Shown here: in pieces, positions 24,974 through 35,449 of the stretch
Numbering within the stretch: position 1 is the stretch's first letter
Layout of the letters: every line of letters starts with the position of its first letter
IMG/VR virus record: IMGVR_UViG_3300042366_000722
Span: 1-35,972 of that record
DNA: 35,972 nt
Source: a virus
Lineage: Duplodnaviria; Caudoviricetes
Strand: one strand, 5' to 3'
Made by a program: the position numbers and the translations under genes
The notes under the pieces: generated by a model
What the model saw: only the letters and a program-made list of their open reading frames with translations
Told to the model about the DNA's origin: nothing
The model's database searches: none

Positions 24974-25308
24974 TTGCGAACCGGCATGCCCTCTTTGGCG
25001 CGCTTGACGATTCCCACCACTTCCGCGCGAGCCGATTTGATCATGCGATCTATCCGCATGGTTTCGCTTTCATCGTTCTCGCCCCCGGCTTCGCCCTTGA
25101 TCTCTCGATTTTTGAGCATGATGAAGCTCTCTATGCGCGCGGCCACGGTCAATGATTGCGTCGCCATCTTGGTCAGCCAGTGCCGGTCGCCCCGTTCTTC
25201 CTTGGTCGCCAGCGTCAATTCGCTGGTAGCGTCCATTTCATCTATGGCGTGATTGACGGCCATGTCCTGAATGCGCTTGAGTTCGGATTCTTGCGTTTTG
25301 TCGATCAT
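24970..25308 (-). CDS. Putative terminase small subunit
   Basis: MIDKTQESEL..., 112 aa, AGGAGG RBS, GTGA overlap with terL; RGDRHWLTK motif. Confidence 0.6.
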   Translation of the reverse strand: MIDKTQESELKRIQDMAVNHAIDEMDATSELTLATKEERGDRHWLTKMATQSLTVAARIESFIMLKNREIKGEAGGENDESETMRIDRMIKSARAEVVGIVKRAKEGMPVRK

Positions 25309-25310
25309 GA

Positions 25311-28300
25311 TCAGCCTCCTGCGACTCGTGAAATGTCCGGAGCGCGGCTCGGCGCGGCGTGTCCAGGCTCCCAGAAATACTCCTGCCCAAATTCCCGCCG
25401 CGCCCGGCTTGCCATGCTCGACAGGTAGCCCGGCGAAAGCTCGTTCTGCAACTGCTGGAAGAACAGATGATCCGCCGCGCCCTTGACGTACCAAAGCGAT
25501 GCGCCCGGCGTCAGCCCCTTGGCAGCCTTGACCAGTTCCGCGCCGGCCCGCGTATCCTTGCCCTGCGCCATCTGGATCAGGTTGCCTTGCGTCAGGCCGA
25601 TCATTTCTTCCGCCAGCCCGGCCACCGGCCCGAGCATGGCCGACAAACCGCCGCCGCCGTGCTGCGTCGCCTCGGAGTAAATGAAGTCGCCGTACAGGCC
25701 CAAGCTGCCGCCCTTGAAGAACGCTTGCGCCCAGAACTTCGCCGCCTTCTTCGGATCGTCCCAAGGGTTTGCGTTCTTCGGATCGCGGCCGGCGAGGATT
25801 TCGGAGATTTCCACGGCCAGCCCGCCAAGCAGCGTCGTGCCGAGAACCAGCGGCATCAGGTATTTTGCCCGGCCGCCTGCCGTGCCGCCCGATTCGCCGC
25901 CCCAATTCATGCCGCGTGAGACGTGGCGCTCGATCATCGCCAGCGGGAAGGACTTGAACAGCCAGATGCTGCGCCACAGTTCGCCGCCGAGCGTGCCGCG
26001 CGACTGCGAGCCTTGCGTGATCACCTTGGTTCGCGCGCCGGGGGTGATGACGGCCATGTCGACTTCTTCGAGGACCGCGCCGAGTAGGCGGGTCGTTGCG
26101 GCGCTTCGTGCACGCCCTATGGCTTGCCCGATCTGCGGGTCAACGTCGCGCGCGATGCGATCCATGACGAACTGGCGGCGCTGCTGGCGCTCATTTGATC
26201 GGAACCAGAACGCGGCAAGTTCATCGCGGATGTCGTCAAGCCGCTTTGTCTCTGCCTTGTCGGCGCGCATGACCTCGGCGTCGGATGACCGCTCGGCGTT
26301 CCTGATCCTCGCTTCGATCTCGACAATGCGGCGGGTCAGCGCACCTTCACGCAATCCGTACTGGCGACCAAGCGAGCCGCCCGCAGAAGCAACCCGCGCG
26401 GCCAATGAATCGGCCTTCCCCTCAAAGATCCGCGATAGTTCCGAGTTCGCACCGGGAACGTACTCGTTTGCCTCATTGGTGGCACGATGGACATCCGCCA
26501 GCAGGCCGCGCACGTTGTCAGAGTTCTTTTCGTTCTGGAATGCGGCTTCTATCTCGGCTCGCACCTTGACGCGCTCGATTTCAGCCTGCACCAGATCAAT
26601 GCGCGCCTGCAATGCCTCGGACAGCTTCTGTACCTTGGCATCCTTGTCGACGGCCATCTTCCCGATTTTCTTCGCCGCTGCGGCCTGAGCATCCTTGAAC
26701 CTGTCTATGCGCTTGTCGACCCAACCCGTTTCCTGATCATTGCGCGCGTTCAGTTCGTCAATCTGCGCCTTCGCTGCCGCCTTGATCTTGTCGATTTCAG
26801 GTTGCATCACCTTGGCAATCTCAGCATCCGGAATTGCCCGCACCGCTTCAGGCGTCAGCATGGTCTCGTTGCCGCGCCATGTTTCCAGATTCGCCAGCCT
26901 CCACACTGCCCAATCGGTTTCGGTGACGCCCTTGGACAGTAGGATGCGGTGATCGAGCGGATCGAGCTTGTCGAATCCCTTGGTTTTCACCAGTTGCCCG
27001 ATGCTGTCCATCATCGTGGCGCCGAATGCCGCCTTCCTCGCCGCGGTCATCGCCGACAGCCCAGAGGCGCGAATCGTCGCCGTCGCCATCTTCGAGGCGA
27101 AGGATGCGCCCAGCCCTTCCTGCCCGAAGCGGCCGAGGTTCGATGCCATCACTTCGCCGGCCAGCCCCATGCGCGCCAGCAGCCTGCGGTCGGTCTTGTT
27201 GGCCGGGTTCAGCGCGGTCAGTTCGTTGCGGAGAATCTGCATTTCCGGCAGGTTGTTGACGTGGCCCATCAGCGCCATCGTCGCTTCGTCGGTGATCGAG
27301 GTAATCACGGCAGAGCCAAGCCGGGACGCGACCAACCAGGAGCGCAGACTGTCGAAGCCGCGCGCCATGCCCTCGTTCGCCACTGGCAGCACCTGGCCGG
27401 CGACATGGTTGAACAGGCGCGTCGTCTTCATCGCCTTTTCGTTGATCGCGTTCGGGTTGTCCGTCTTCGCCGCGATGCCGTCGAGAATGGCCTGATCGCG
27501 GAACAGTTCAAAGCTACGGTTCGGGTTCGGGCCGAAGGTTTCGACCAGCGCGATCTGATGCGCGATGCCGCGAACGTGGCCCATCATCACGTCATAGAAG
27601 CCCTGCTCGCCGTACTTGGTCTGGTAAGCCGTCCAGCCGTCGCCGTCCTTGAAATGGATCTGGCGCGACTCGCTGCCCCAATTGGCGCGCATCGCCGAGC
27701 CCGTCACCTTGCCCGGCTCGATCTTGTTCATGCCGTTGCTGCTGATCGTTTCCCATGCCTTGCGCAGCACGCCGTCCAGTTCGGCATCATCCATCAGGGT
27801 GCCATCAGGCCGGACGTACTTGTCACGGTTCAGCATGGGCATGATGTCCTTCACCCAAGCATCGGCGCCGGCCTTCCAGACCTTCGATTGCGAATGGTGA
27901 TGCGGCAGCCCCCAATCTTCCAGCTTGCCGATGTCGCCGCCGGCCTGGTTGAATCGCAGCCGCAGCGCCTCGGTCGTTTCCTTCCATGCCTTCGCGCCGG
28001 CTGCCGCCTCGGGCGATCCAGTGTTCTCGCCCATCATTTCCTTGACCAGCAGGCGCACGCCGGCCATGTCCTCGACCATGCCGAACCAGGTCGGATTCGT
28101 TGCCTCGAAGGTATTGACCAGTTGCCCGACTGCCTCGTCACCGATGGCCTTGCCCTGCGTCTCGATCGACATCACGCGCCCGGTAGCCTTGGCATCGAAG
28201 GCGACAAGCTGGTCTATCGCCGTCAGGCTGTCGATTCCGCGCGCCTTGGCCGTGGCGAGGTAGTTCTGCACGCGATCATGTGCCGCGATGGTGTTGGCAA

Positions 28301-28544
28301 TGCGCTGCTTGACCTTGGCGGCGTCGGCTTCCAGACCCTTGCTGGCGATCTCGGCGGCCATTTCCATCATGCTGCGCGGGGTCACGGCTTGGCCGGCCTT
28401 CTGCAATTCCACCCGAGCGGCAGGCATCGCCGACCGGACGCGATCCTCGATGTTCTTCAGTTCGTTGGCGTTCAGTGATCGGCCGATGGCCTGCGTCACG
28501 GCGTCTATGCACTCGGCTTTCACTATGCGGCCCTCAGAAAGCAA
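25311..28544 (-). CDS. Large internal virion (ejection) protein; likely start GTG 28523
   Basis: 1077 aa, helical; last of three internal-protein genes after tubular B; hydrophobic segments near C-terminus. Confidence 0.75.
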   Translation of the reverse strand: MLSEGRIVKAECIDAVTQAIGRSLNANELKNIEDRVRSAMPAARVELQKAGQAVTPRSMMEMAAEIASKGLEADAAKVKQRIANTIAAHDRVQNYLATAKARGIDSLTAIDQLVAFDAKATGRVMSIETQGKAIGDEAVGQLVNTFEATNPTWFGMVEDMAGVRLLVKEMMGENTGSPEAAAGAKAWKETTEALRLRFNQAGGDIGKLEDWGLPHHHSQSKVWKAGADAWVKDIMPMLNRDKYVRPDGTLMDDAELDGVLRKAWETISSNGMNKIEPGKVTGSAMRANWGSESRQIHFKDGDGWTAYQTKYGEQGFYDVMMGHVRGIAHQIALVETFGPNPNRSFELFRDQAILDGIAAKTDNPNAINEKAMKTTRLFNHVAGQVLPVANEGMARGFDSLRSWLVASRLGSAVITSITDEATMALMGHVNNLPEMQILRNELTALNPANKTDRRLLARMGLAGEVMASNLGRFGQEGLGASFASKMATATIRASGLSAMTAARKAAFGATMMDSIGQLVKTKGFDKLDPLDHRILLSKGVTETDWAVWRLANLETWRGNETMLTPEAVRAIPDAEIAKVMQPEIDKIKAAAKAQIDELNARNDQETGWVDKRIDRFKDAQAAAAKKIGKMAVDKDAKVQKLSEALQARIDLVQAEIERVKVRAEIEAAFQNEKNSDNVRGLLADVHRATNEANEYVPGANSELSRIFEGKADSLAARVASAGGSLGRQYGLREGALTRRIVEIEARIRNAERSSDAEVMRADKAETKRLDDIRDELAAFWFRSNERQQRRQFVMDRIARDVDPQIGQAIGRARSAATTRLLGAVLEEVDMAVITPGARTKVITQGSQSRGTLGGELWRSIWLFKSFPLAMIERHVSRGMNWGGESGGTAGGRAKYLMPLVLGTTLLGGLAVEISEILAGRDPKNANPWDDPKKAAKFWAQAFFKGGSLGLYGDFIYSEATQHGGGGLSAMLGPVAGLAEEMIGLTQGNLIQMAQGKDTRAGAELVKAAKGLTPGASLWYVKGAADHLFFQQLQNELSPGYLSSMASRARREFGQEYFWEPGHAAPSRAPDISRVAGG

Positions 28545-30166
28545 GCGACCGCAGCGCGCAAGCCTGTTTCCTGCTCGCGTGCGGCGGTCTCTAGGTCGGT
28601 GATGATGCCCTGCGCCTCGGCAACCGTTGCGGTGCCGCCGTCTTCGTCCATCGGGATTACGGCATCGGGGCGCACGGTGTCAGGGATGGTAATGCCGCCA
28701 GCCTGATCTGCTGCACCGGCAACAGGGGCGGCGGCGGGATCGGGGGCCGCCGTGGTGTCGGCGCCGACTTTTTGGGCTTGGAATGGAGCTTCTGATATTT
28801 GCCCAGAATCAAACACGACAACTTCGTCACCGCCGCGCCACACGATGCTATCGAACCCCTGCGCCTTCAGTTCTGCAATGCTCTCTTTTGTCATGTACGC
28901 AGGAGGCAAATCATCCTCCCACACCTTCGGATTCTTGATGTCGAGATACCTCTCCATCACGTTCTGCCCATATCCGGAAGCATCGTCACTTCTTGCGCTG
29001 AAATAAAAGCCCTGTCGATCAGGGAACCCTTTTGTCGACTTTGGCGCGGCAGGGTCAAATTCTGAAAAGACGCGATTTGTTCCGTGATAGAACGGTTGAT
29101 CCGGAGGAAACATCTGCGGGAGTTCGGGGGGCACCGGCTCCACCGCTGGCCGCAGCACTTCCGCGACATCCTCCTGCACCTTCGCCGCCGCAGGGTCGGG
29201 GATGAAGTCGCCGACCTCCTGCCGCATCGTCACGGGCCGGCCCTCGATCAGATCGTCAATCGCGCCGGTCATGTTGGCAACGTGCGAATCACGCGAGGCC
29301 AGATCAGCCGGCAGGCCGAAGCCGGGGCGCTCGATCTTTAGCTGCTCGGACTTCACCAGCGCCGCGTCGATGTCGGACGGCTTGAGCATGTCGGCGATCT
29401 TGGCGCGGTACTCGGCCATTGCATCGGCCTTGGCCTTCTCGCCGCGCAGTTGCAGCGCCCGACCGCCACCGGCAAACGCTGCGCCGAGGATGGCATCTAC
29501 CGCCATCGCTTCACCGTCCAGCGCCTTGAACTGCATCGCCAAATCAGCCCGCCCGGCCTTGGCGTAAATCTCCGAAGTCATGCCGCGCTGGAACACGCCT
29601 TGCGCGAGGTTGATGCCGGCGCCGTAGATCAGGTTCATGCCCAGCCCGGTGCTGCCGAGCGTCATCGGGGCGATTACGCCGGCTGTCATTGCTGCGCCCT
29701 GCACGCCGCCGACCTTGGCAGCCGTCTGAAGGTCGACGCCCTTGTCGAGCGCATCCAGCGTGCCGCCGACCGTTTCATTGACCAGCACGCCGCCCGGGCC
29801 GAAGGCTACCGCCTCGCCGCCGATCTTCACCAGCCCATGCAGGATTTGCCCCGCCATGCCGATTTCCTCGGCCTTCGGTGCCAGATGCCGGGAGAGCTTG
29901 TCAGCCGGCGTCACGATATGCTCGAACACCTTGTCCTGCGCCTTGATGGCGTCGCCGGTCAGCAGGTCGAAGCTGCCGGCCACTGCGCCCAGGGCGAGGC
30001 CGGTCGTGCGCTGCGTGTCGGCTGCCAGCCGGCCCAAGCCGGTGACCAAGCCCGTCCCCATGCCGGTGAAGAATCCAGCGGGTTGACTTAGATCAAGCGG
30101 ATTCGCCCGCGCCTGGTCGATCAGGCTGGCGCTGTCGTGATCCCCGGCAAGGTCGAAGGCGCTCAT
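28523..30166 (-). CDS. Internal virion (ejection) protein with an inserted ADP-ribosyltransferase-like domain
   Basis: Gly/Ala-rich membrane-like N-terminal half; YHGT..GFYFS..EVVVF domain at ~28795-29097. Confidence 0.7.
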   Translation of the reverse strand: MSAFDLAGDHDSASLIDQARANPLDLSQPAGFFTGMGTGLVTGLGRLAADTQRTTGLALGAVAGSFDLLTGDAIKAQDKVFEHIVTPADKLSRHLAPKAEEIGMAGQILHGLVKIGGEAVAFGPGGVLVNETVGGTLDALDKGVDLQTAAKVGGVQGAAMTAGVIAPMTLGSTGLGMNLIYGAGINLAQGVFQRGMTSEIYAKAGRADLAMQFKALDGEAMAVDAILGAAFAGGGRALQLRGEKAKADAMAEYRAKIADMLKPSDIDAALVKSEQLKIERPGFGLPADLASRDSHVANMTGAIDDLIEGRPVTMRQEVGDFIPDPAAAKVQEDVAEVLRPAVEPVPPELPQMFPPDQPFYHGTNRVFSEFDPAAPKSTKGFPDRQGFYFSARSDDASGYGQNVMERYLDIKNPKVWEDDLPPAYMTKESIAELKAQGFDSIVWRGGDEVVVFDSGQISEAPFQAQKVGADTTAAPDPAAAPVAGAADQAGGITIPDTVRPDAVIPMDEDGGTATVAEAQGIITDLETAAREQETGLRAAVACFLRAA

Positions 30167-32250
30167 TTCGGTATCCGGTCAGCCATACCTGACGGGTCGT
30201 TCGGGTCAGTCACGCGCAGCATTACCGGGTTGCCATCCTTGCCCAGCAGGTAGCCGGTCCCCGACTTGACCAGATAGCCGCCCTTGGTGTTCTGCAGCTG
30301 CATGCGCGGCCACTGGTCGGCGGTCTGCGGGATGCCGGCCTGCTTCACCGCGCCAATGAATTCCCGCTTCACCGTGTTCTTGAAGGTCGAGTCATCCATC
30401 CCCCACGGCTTGACCACGCGCGCCCCGTTGATGTCGGCAACGCCACCCGTCGACCGCTGAATGGCCTCTTTGAGTATTCCGTCATTGAGCGCGCCCGAGT
30501 AGTCGCCCTTCTGCGCCACCAGCCCGGCATAAGTCGCCCGCGCCGCCTGATAGGCGATCTGGTACGCCTCTTGATTCCCCGCAAAAGCATCGCCGGCCAT
30601 GCTGTTGAACTTGAGCCGGATATCGGCATCCTTCGGCATGGGGAACGTCGGCTTACCGTCCTGCCCCTTCGCGTCCTTGCCGGGGTTCAAGATGCGCTCG
30701 CCGGCCAGCATCAGGCCCGCCGTGCTGCCGGGGGTGAATGTCTCGTCGCTGAAGAATCCGCTGATCTTCATCGGGCGCTCGCGGGTTGCCACCATTCCAG
30801 CAAGAGCGGTAACGGGGGAATCTGCCGCGATCTGCTGCATCGTGGCCCTGAACACCTTGTCGTCGCCAAAGCCCTTGCGCAGCATCTTGAGCGTTTCCGT
30901 CTTGGCGGCATCCGAGCCTTCGGCGAGGAACTTTGAGAGCATGGCCGCTTCCTGCTGCATCAGCCCCTTGGGTGCCGCGCCCGTCCGCTTCGATTGCTCT
31001 TTCAGGATTTCGGCGCGATTCTGCAAATTCGATGCCCATGTGTCCGGCTTGGAAAAGTCCAGCGGTTCGACCACGGCGCCCTCGCGCTGTGCCGCGTATT
31101 CCAATGGGGCCGAGTGCATTGCCTTGATGCTGGTCTGCACGAAGTTCTGCATCTTGCCCAGGTGGGTAATCTGTTCCTTGGTCGGGGTTTTGCCGTAGCT
31201 GGCAGCCAGTTCGTTGACCTTGGCGGTCATCTGCTGCGGTGTCAGGCGCGAGAATTCCGCCGTGGCCTTCTGTTCGGCGGCGATCTGGGACGCGAAGCCC
31301 TCCATCGGCGTGCCCTTGCTGGCCTTGTTGAAGGCGTCGAACTCGGTAGGCGGGATGTCGCGCCCGTTCTCGACGTACCACGAGAGCCGAGTCGCCATCG
31401 TGTTCAGTTTCGACAGCCGGCGCCGTTCGGCGATCTCGCCCATCTGCGCCAGGTGTTGCTGATACCGCTGCACCTTGGCGTCGAGGAAATTGCGCTTTGC
31501 CGGGTCAAGCTCGGCGAACTGGTCAGAAGCCAGCGCGGTCGAGAGTTTCCCCAGCGCCTTGCCGTCGCGCTGCGCTGCGGTGACTTGCTTGTCCAGCAGG
31601 GTGAAAGTCACGCCTTCCTTGAATCCGGCCAGCGTCTTCTCGATCTCATGCGGGGCCATGCCGGCTTGCGCGCCGGATGCCCGAATGAAGGTGTCGACGT
31701 TGCCGATGGCCTCAACTCGTTCCGCGTCGCCGCGCGTGGCGTACCGTTGCATCTGCTCAAGGTAAGAGTCGATCCCGCCGCGGATGTCCTGCATGTCCTT
31801 CTTGGCGACCATCTGGCGCACGCCGCGCCCGGTACGCCCGATGTCATCCACCAGCGAGGCGTTGACCAGTTCGCGGTTCTCCGGAGCGACGCCCTCCATT
31901 ACCTTGTCGATCCGCTTGCGGGATTCGGTGTTGAATATCTCGCCGGCCTTGGTCTTGTCGTAGCGACCATCCGTCAGACCCGCCGCGATGTCGTCATGCA
32001 CATCGGCCAGGTGGTTCTTGATCTCTGCTTGAGCGGTGACAGCTTGCAGGCGGTTCGCCTCTGCCCGGCGTTGCTTGTCCTCGGCCTCCTGCTTACGCTC
32101 CTGCACACCAAAGGCTTGCGCGGCCACATCCAGCCCTTGAGCCAGCGGGCCAGCAAGGTCGGTGCCGAAGGTTGCGGCGGGAAGCTGCGGACCGGAAACA
32201 GCCGGCGCCGCCGCACGATTGCCGAAGTTGCCGAGTGGAATCCTAGCCAT
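30163..32250 (-). CDS. Internal virion (ejection) protein
   Basis: ATG 32250 (MARIPLGNFG), ~695 aa, helical, typical position. Confidence 0.7.
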   Translation of the reverse strand: MARIPLGNFGNRAAAPAVSGPQLPAATFGTDLAGPLAQGLDVAAQAFGVQERKQEAEDKQRRAEANRLQAVTAQAEIKNHLADVHDDIAAGLTDGRYDKTKAGEIFNTESRKRIDKVMEGVAPENRELVNASLVDDIGRTGRGVRQMVAKKDMQDIRGGIDSYLEQMQRYATRGDAERVEAIGNVDTFIRASGAQAGMAPHEIEKTLAGFKEGVTFTLLDKQVTAAQRDGKALGKLSTALASDQFAELDPAKRNFLDAKVQRYQQHLAQMGEIAERRRLSKLNTMATRLSWYVENGRDIPPTEFDAFNKASKGTPMEGFASQIAAEQKATAEFSRLTPQQMTAKVNELAASYGKTPTKEQITHLGKMQNFVQTSIKAMHSAPLEYAAQREGAVVEPLDFSKPDTWASNLQNRAEILKEQSKRTGAAPKGLMQQEAAMLSKFLAEGSDAAKTETLKMLRKGFGDDKVFRATMQQIAADSPVTALAGMVATRERPMKISGFFSDETFTPGSTAGLMLAGERILNPGKDAKGQDGKPTFPMPKDADIRLKFNSMAGDAFAGNQEAYQIAYQAARATYAGLVAQKGDYSGALNDGILKEAIQRSTGGVADINGARVVKPWGMDDSTFKNTVKREFIGAVKQAGIPQTADQWPRMQLQNTKGGYLVKSGTGYLLGKDGNPVMLRVTDPNDPSGMADRIPK

Positions 32251-32836
32251 ATCTGTCCCTATAGACGACTGGAGCGGGAGCCTGTTCAGCCTGAACCCCG
32301 CCATATTTGGAATACATCTGACCGCCCGCCGCCAGCAAGGAACCGGCAGCACTCGAATAGCCCTGCGCCTTGGCATTCGACCCGGCTACGCGCAGGCCGG
32401 ATGCCTCGCTATCCAGCTTCGTGCCCTTCCTGACGCCGGTCAGCAGTTCAGTCAGGGCATCGCCTTCGGAATCCTTCGCAATCTCTCCCTGAATCATCAG
32501 GGGCGTGCCGGCGTCAGCTACCACACCGGAGGCAGCCAGAGCAGACCGGGCGGCTGATTGCTGCGACTTGCCGGCCTTCCTGATCTTGTCGGCGTTGACC
32601 TGAGCAACTTCGCGCTCAACTTGCGCGTCGGCATTGGCTTGGGCGGCCTGGTAGTTCGCCATGTCCTGTTGCTGGCTGCCGCGATTCATTGCGGACATCA
32701 CCTGAAGCCCGGTCGATGCCAGCGTGAAAGCCCCGCCTGCGGTCATCGCTCCGGCCGCTCCGATCAATCCAGTAGTGGCCGCCGCTCCTGCTGTTGCTGC
32801 CGTTCCAAACAACAGCGGTTCTAGTCCTGTGCACAT
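32243..32836 (-). CDS. Internal virion protein (T7 gp14-like position)
   Basis: MCTGLEP start, Ala/Gly-rich hydrophobic N-terminus, AASGV motif; GGAGG RBS. Confidence 0.7.
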   Translation of the reverse strand: MCTGLEPLLFGTAATAGAAATTGLIGAAGAMTAGGAFTLASTGLQVMSAMNRGSQQQDMANYQAAQANADAQVEREVAQVNADKIRKAGKSQQSAARSALAASGVVADAGTPLMIQGEIAKDSEGDALTELLTGVRKGTKLDSEASGLRVAGSNAKAQGYSSAAGSLLAAGGQMYSKYGGVQAEQAPAPVVYRDRYG

Positions 32837-32838
32837 CG

Positions 32839-33279
32839 TCAAACCCTCCGCTTGAACACGCCGCCGACTTGCTCGAAGCCGAGCCGCTGATACAACTTCC
32901 CGGTTTCCTCGACCTTGACGCCGGTCGTGATGGCCAGGGTGATCTCCCTCGCGCCCTGCTGATCGCACCATGCGCTGAACTCGGACAGCAGATACCACGC
33001 CGCCATGCCGCCGCGCTTGCCAGGCACGATGAACAGCGCCAGTTCTGACGCAACACGTTCATTCGAGAACCACGGTTCACCCATGTAGCCGACCATGCCG
33101 CCGTCGATCTCGCCGTCACGCTCATGCACTCGCACGAACCCGGTCCCGATCAGCGTTTTCAGGGTGAATGCGACTTTCTCGCCGTCGTAGGCCATGAAGG
33201 AATACCGGCTTTCGGCGTGCATGATCTCGCCGATCCTGATCATGGCCGGGATGTCGTCAAGGGTCGCGTCCCTAACCAT
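32839..33279 (-). CDS. GNAT-fold acetyltransferase-like protein
   Basis: VRDATLDDIP, LFIVPGKRGG, LYQRLGFEQVG motifs. Confidence 0.75.
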   Translation of the reverse strand: MVRDATLDDIPAMIRIGEIMHAESRYSFMAYDGEKVAFTLKTLIGTGFVRVHERDGEIDGGMVGYMGEPWFSNERVASELALFIVPGKRGGMAAWYLLSEFSAWCDQQGAREITLAITTGVKVEETGKLYQRLGFEQVGGVFKRRV

Positions 33280-35449
33280 TGGCCGACACCTTCATGATCA
33301 CCGCCAGAACCTGCCACGGCAGCGGCTGAGATTGACGTACAACGATGGTCTTGTTGTCGCCCAGCATGGAAACCTTCTTGTCACCAGTGAAGGGCGTAAT
33401 CGAGGCGTCGAGTATCCCCGCGCCGAATTGCCTGAAGGGGATTGTCTCGCCCTGCACCGTTGCGCCCTGCGTCTCATAGAACCTGACGATGGCCTCATGG
33501 ATCGACAGGCCAGCGGCTGAACTGGTGCCGTTCGGCGCCTGGACTTCCGGCTCCAATGTCTCGATTTCGGATTCGTAGTGCAGCCCGATCTCGACCGCGT
33601 TCGCTGCGCGCGGGATAGTGATCGCGCCGGCCGTCACCGTTGCCTGCGGCATGACTACCCCATCGGCCACAATGTCGACCGTTTCACCTTCCAGATGATC
33701 CAGCCCGGACCACGTATCAGTTCCCGGCCCGCTGGTGCCGGTCACCGCGGAATCTGTGTTCAGGGTTGAATCCATGTATTCGACGTAGCGGACATCAGCC
33801 CCGTCAATGGTGCGCTGAACGATCACCCAGACCTGATCTTCGGCGCCGTTCGGGATGGATGCGACGGACTCGAACAGCCCGTCCGTGGTTCTGCGCCCCC
33901 AGCCGATAACATCCTGATCCCGGTCAATCGACATTGACGGCATGACGCCATCGCCGCGCACCATCCACACCACTTGATCCGGTTCCTGCGCGAAGGCCAT
34001 TTCAAAGATTTCACCCTGAGGGATATGCTCGGAGAGAATGGACACGTCGGGGCTGTTGAAGCTGTCAATGTCAGCCCGGTAGCCCAGGGCGCGGACCTTT
34101 TCACCGCCGCGGGTGACGAAGATGATTTCGTTGGCCACGCGAACCGGGCGAGTCACACTCACCCCGTAAGCGGTTTGGCTCCTGATCTGTACGTTCGTCG
34201 GGGTGATGGCCGAGTCATTTCCTCCGGTCATGGAGAACTCGCCGCCGTAGGTCATGGGCAGGAGAATCCGCGTCGACGTCAGGTGTTCTATCGGGTTGAT
34301 CTGGTCGGATGCAATCGTGAAGGCGAACCCGTCACCATCATCCACTCCGTCAGAGAAGTTGTAATACTCGCCCGTTCGGCTGCCCCAGATGGTTTGCGGA
34401 TAGCCAGGCGACCCGGCCACGATCAGGCGTTGCTCGAACAGCGTCCCGCAGCGAGGATACCCGTCCACCGAGTTCCATACCTTCGAGCGCAAGGCCCAGC
34501 CTCCCGACTGCGCCGCCGTGGTGGCGACCAGCACGGTATGAATGATGCCGGTAACGATGGTTGAGGACGTAAAGCCGGTGATCTCGATCAGGCCGCCGTT
34601 GATCTCTACGAACTTGCCGACATCGGTCACCTGTGCGGAATTCTTGAACGCCGCGGCCCCCGCCGTCAGCGTCACCGCCACGCCTTCCGGGTCTTTGACG
34701 CTCGGCGTCAGCGTGGTTTTCGGGGATTCGGTCAGCGTCCAGCTTTGCGAGGCAATTGGGCCAGCAGAGGCGAAGGCGTCGACAATGGTCACCGTGACGA
34801 CTGTCGTAGAGGTGTAAGCGGTGATTGTCGCAAGCCCCGCCCCGCTGGTAATCTGCCGGCCCACGTCGGACGCCTCGAAGCATGCCGCGGCTGCCGTCGC
34901 CGTTCTGCCGGCGCCGACAGTGGCAAGCGATAGCGTCAAGGTGGTAACCGGCTTGTCGCCCTTTTCCTCGCTGGGCTGAACCTGCCACGGCACCGCCGAC
35001 AGTTTCCATGACGTGTTGGAATACCGCACCAAGCGATAGACCGGATAACTCGGGTGGAACAGAAACATCGTGTCCGCAGACTGGATGTAGTGCAGATCGT
35101 CCAGTTCGTCATCTTGATACGGGCTGACGACTTCGACCGGCGTACCCGGAGGGCTTTCGACGCGCCCGGTCGTGGCGTAGAACCGGACATAGATATCGCC
35201 GAATTCCAGCACGAAGGCTTGCGTCCGGTTGAAGATGAACGGGATCAGCCGCGCGAGTTTCGTACTGTCCTTGGTCTCTGCGGCGTACCGAGTTCCCGGC
35301 GCCCGCTTCGCACCACCATGCGCCTGCGGAACGGCATTGAGACAGGTTTTTAGGCCGTTCTTGAAGCGGGCGACATCAACCCGGCCCAGCAGGCGGGGGG
35401 AAATCTCCCCAGCCGTGAAGTTGGTCTGGATGTAGTCGACGCGCGCCAC
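33272..35449 (-). CDS. Tail tubular protein B / nozzle (T7 gp12-like)
   Basis: 725 aa; QTNFTAGEISPRLLGRVD, GGAKRAPGT, YP....FEQRL, SGLDHLEGETV. Confidence 0.9.
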   Translation of the reverse strand: MARVDYIQTNFTAGEISPRLLGRVDVARFKNGLKTCLNAVPQAHGGAKRAPGTRYAAETKDSTKLARLIPFIFNRTQAFVLEFGDIYVRFYATTGRVESPPGTPVEVVSPYQDDELDDLHYIQSADTMFLFHPSYPVYRLVRYSNTSWKLSAVPWQVQPSEEKGDKPVTTLTLSLATVGAGRTATAAAACFEASDVGRQITSGAGLATITAYTSTTVVTVTIVDAFASAGPIASQSWTLTESPKTTLTPSVKDPEGVAVTLTAGAAAFKNSAQVTDVGKFVEINGGLIEITGFTSSTIVTGIIHTVLVATTAAQSGGWALRSKVWNSVDGYPRCGTLFEQRLIVAGSPGYPQTIWGSRTGEYYNFSDGVDDGDGFAFTIASDQINPIEHLTSTRILLPMTYGGEFSMTGGNDSAITPTNVQIRSQTAYGVSVTRPVRVANEIIFVTRGGEKVRALGYRADIDSFNSPDVSILSEHIPQGEIFEMAFAQEPDQVVWMVRGDGVMPSMSIDRDQDVIGWGRRTTDGLFESVASIPNGAEDQVWVIVQRTIDGADVRYVEYMDSTLNTDSAVTGTSGPGTDTWSGLDHLEGETVDIVADGVVMPQATVTAGAITIPRAANAVEIGLHYESEIETLEPEVQAPNGTSSAAGLSIHEAIVRFYETQGATVQGETIPFRQFGAGILDASITPFTGDKKVSMLGDNKTIVVRQSQPLPWQVLAVIMKVSANG

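Noticed and set aside
24970-25977. 335-aa ORF as listed in the track
   Set aside because: The upstream two thirds overlap the ejection-protein gene in another frame; the real start is probably ATG 25308 with an AGGAGG RBS
26949-28478. Long plus-strand ORFs opposite structural genes (also 793..1665, 1983..2897, 30994..32433)
   Set aside because: Shadow ORFs of high-GC minus-strand genes; no motifs or RBS support
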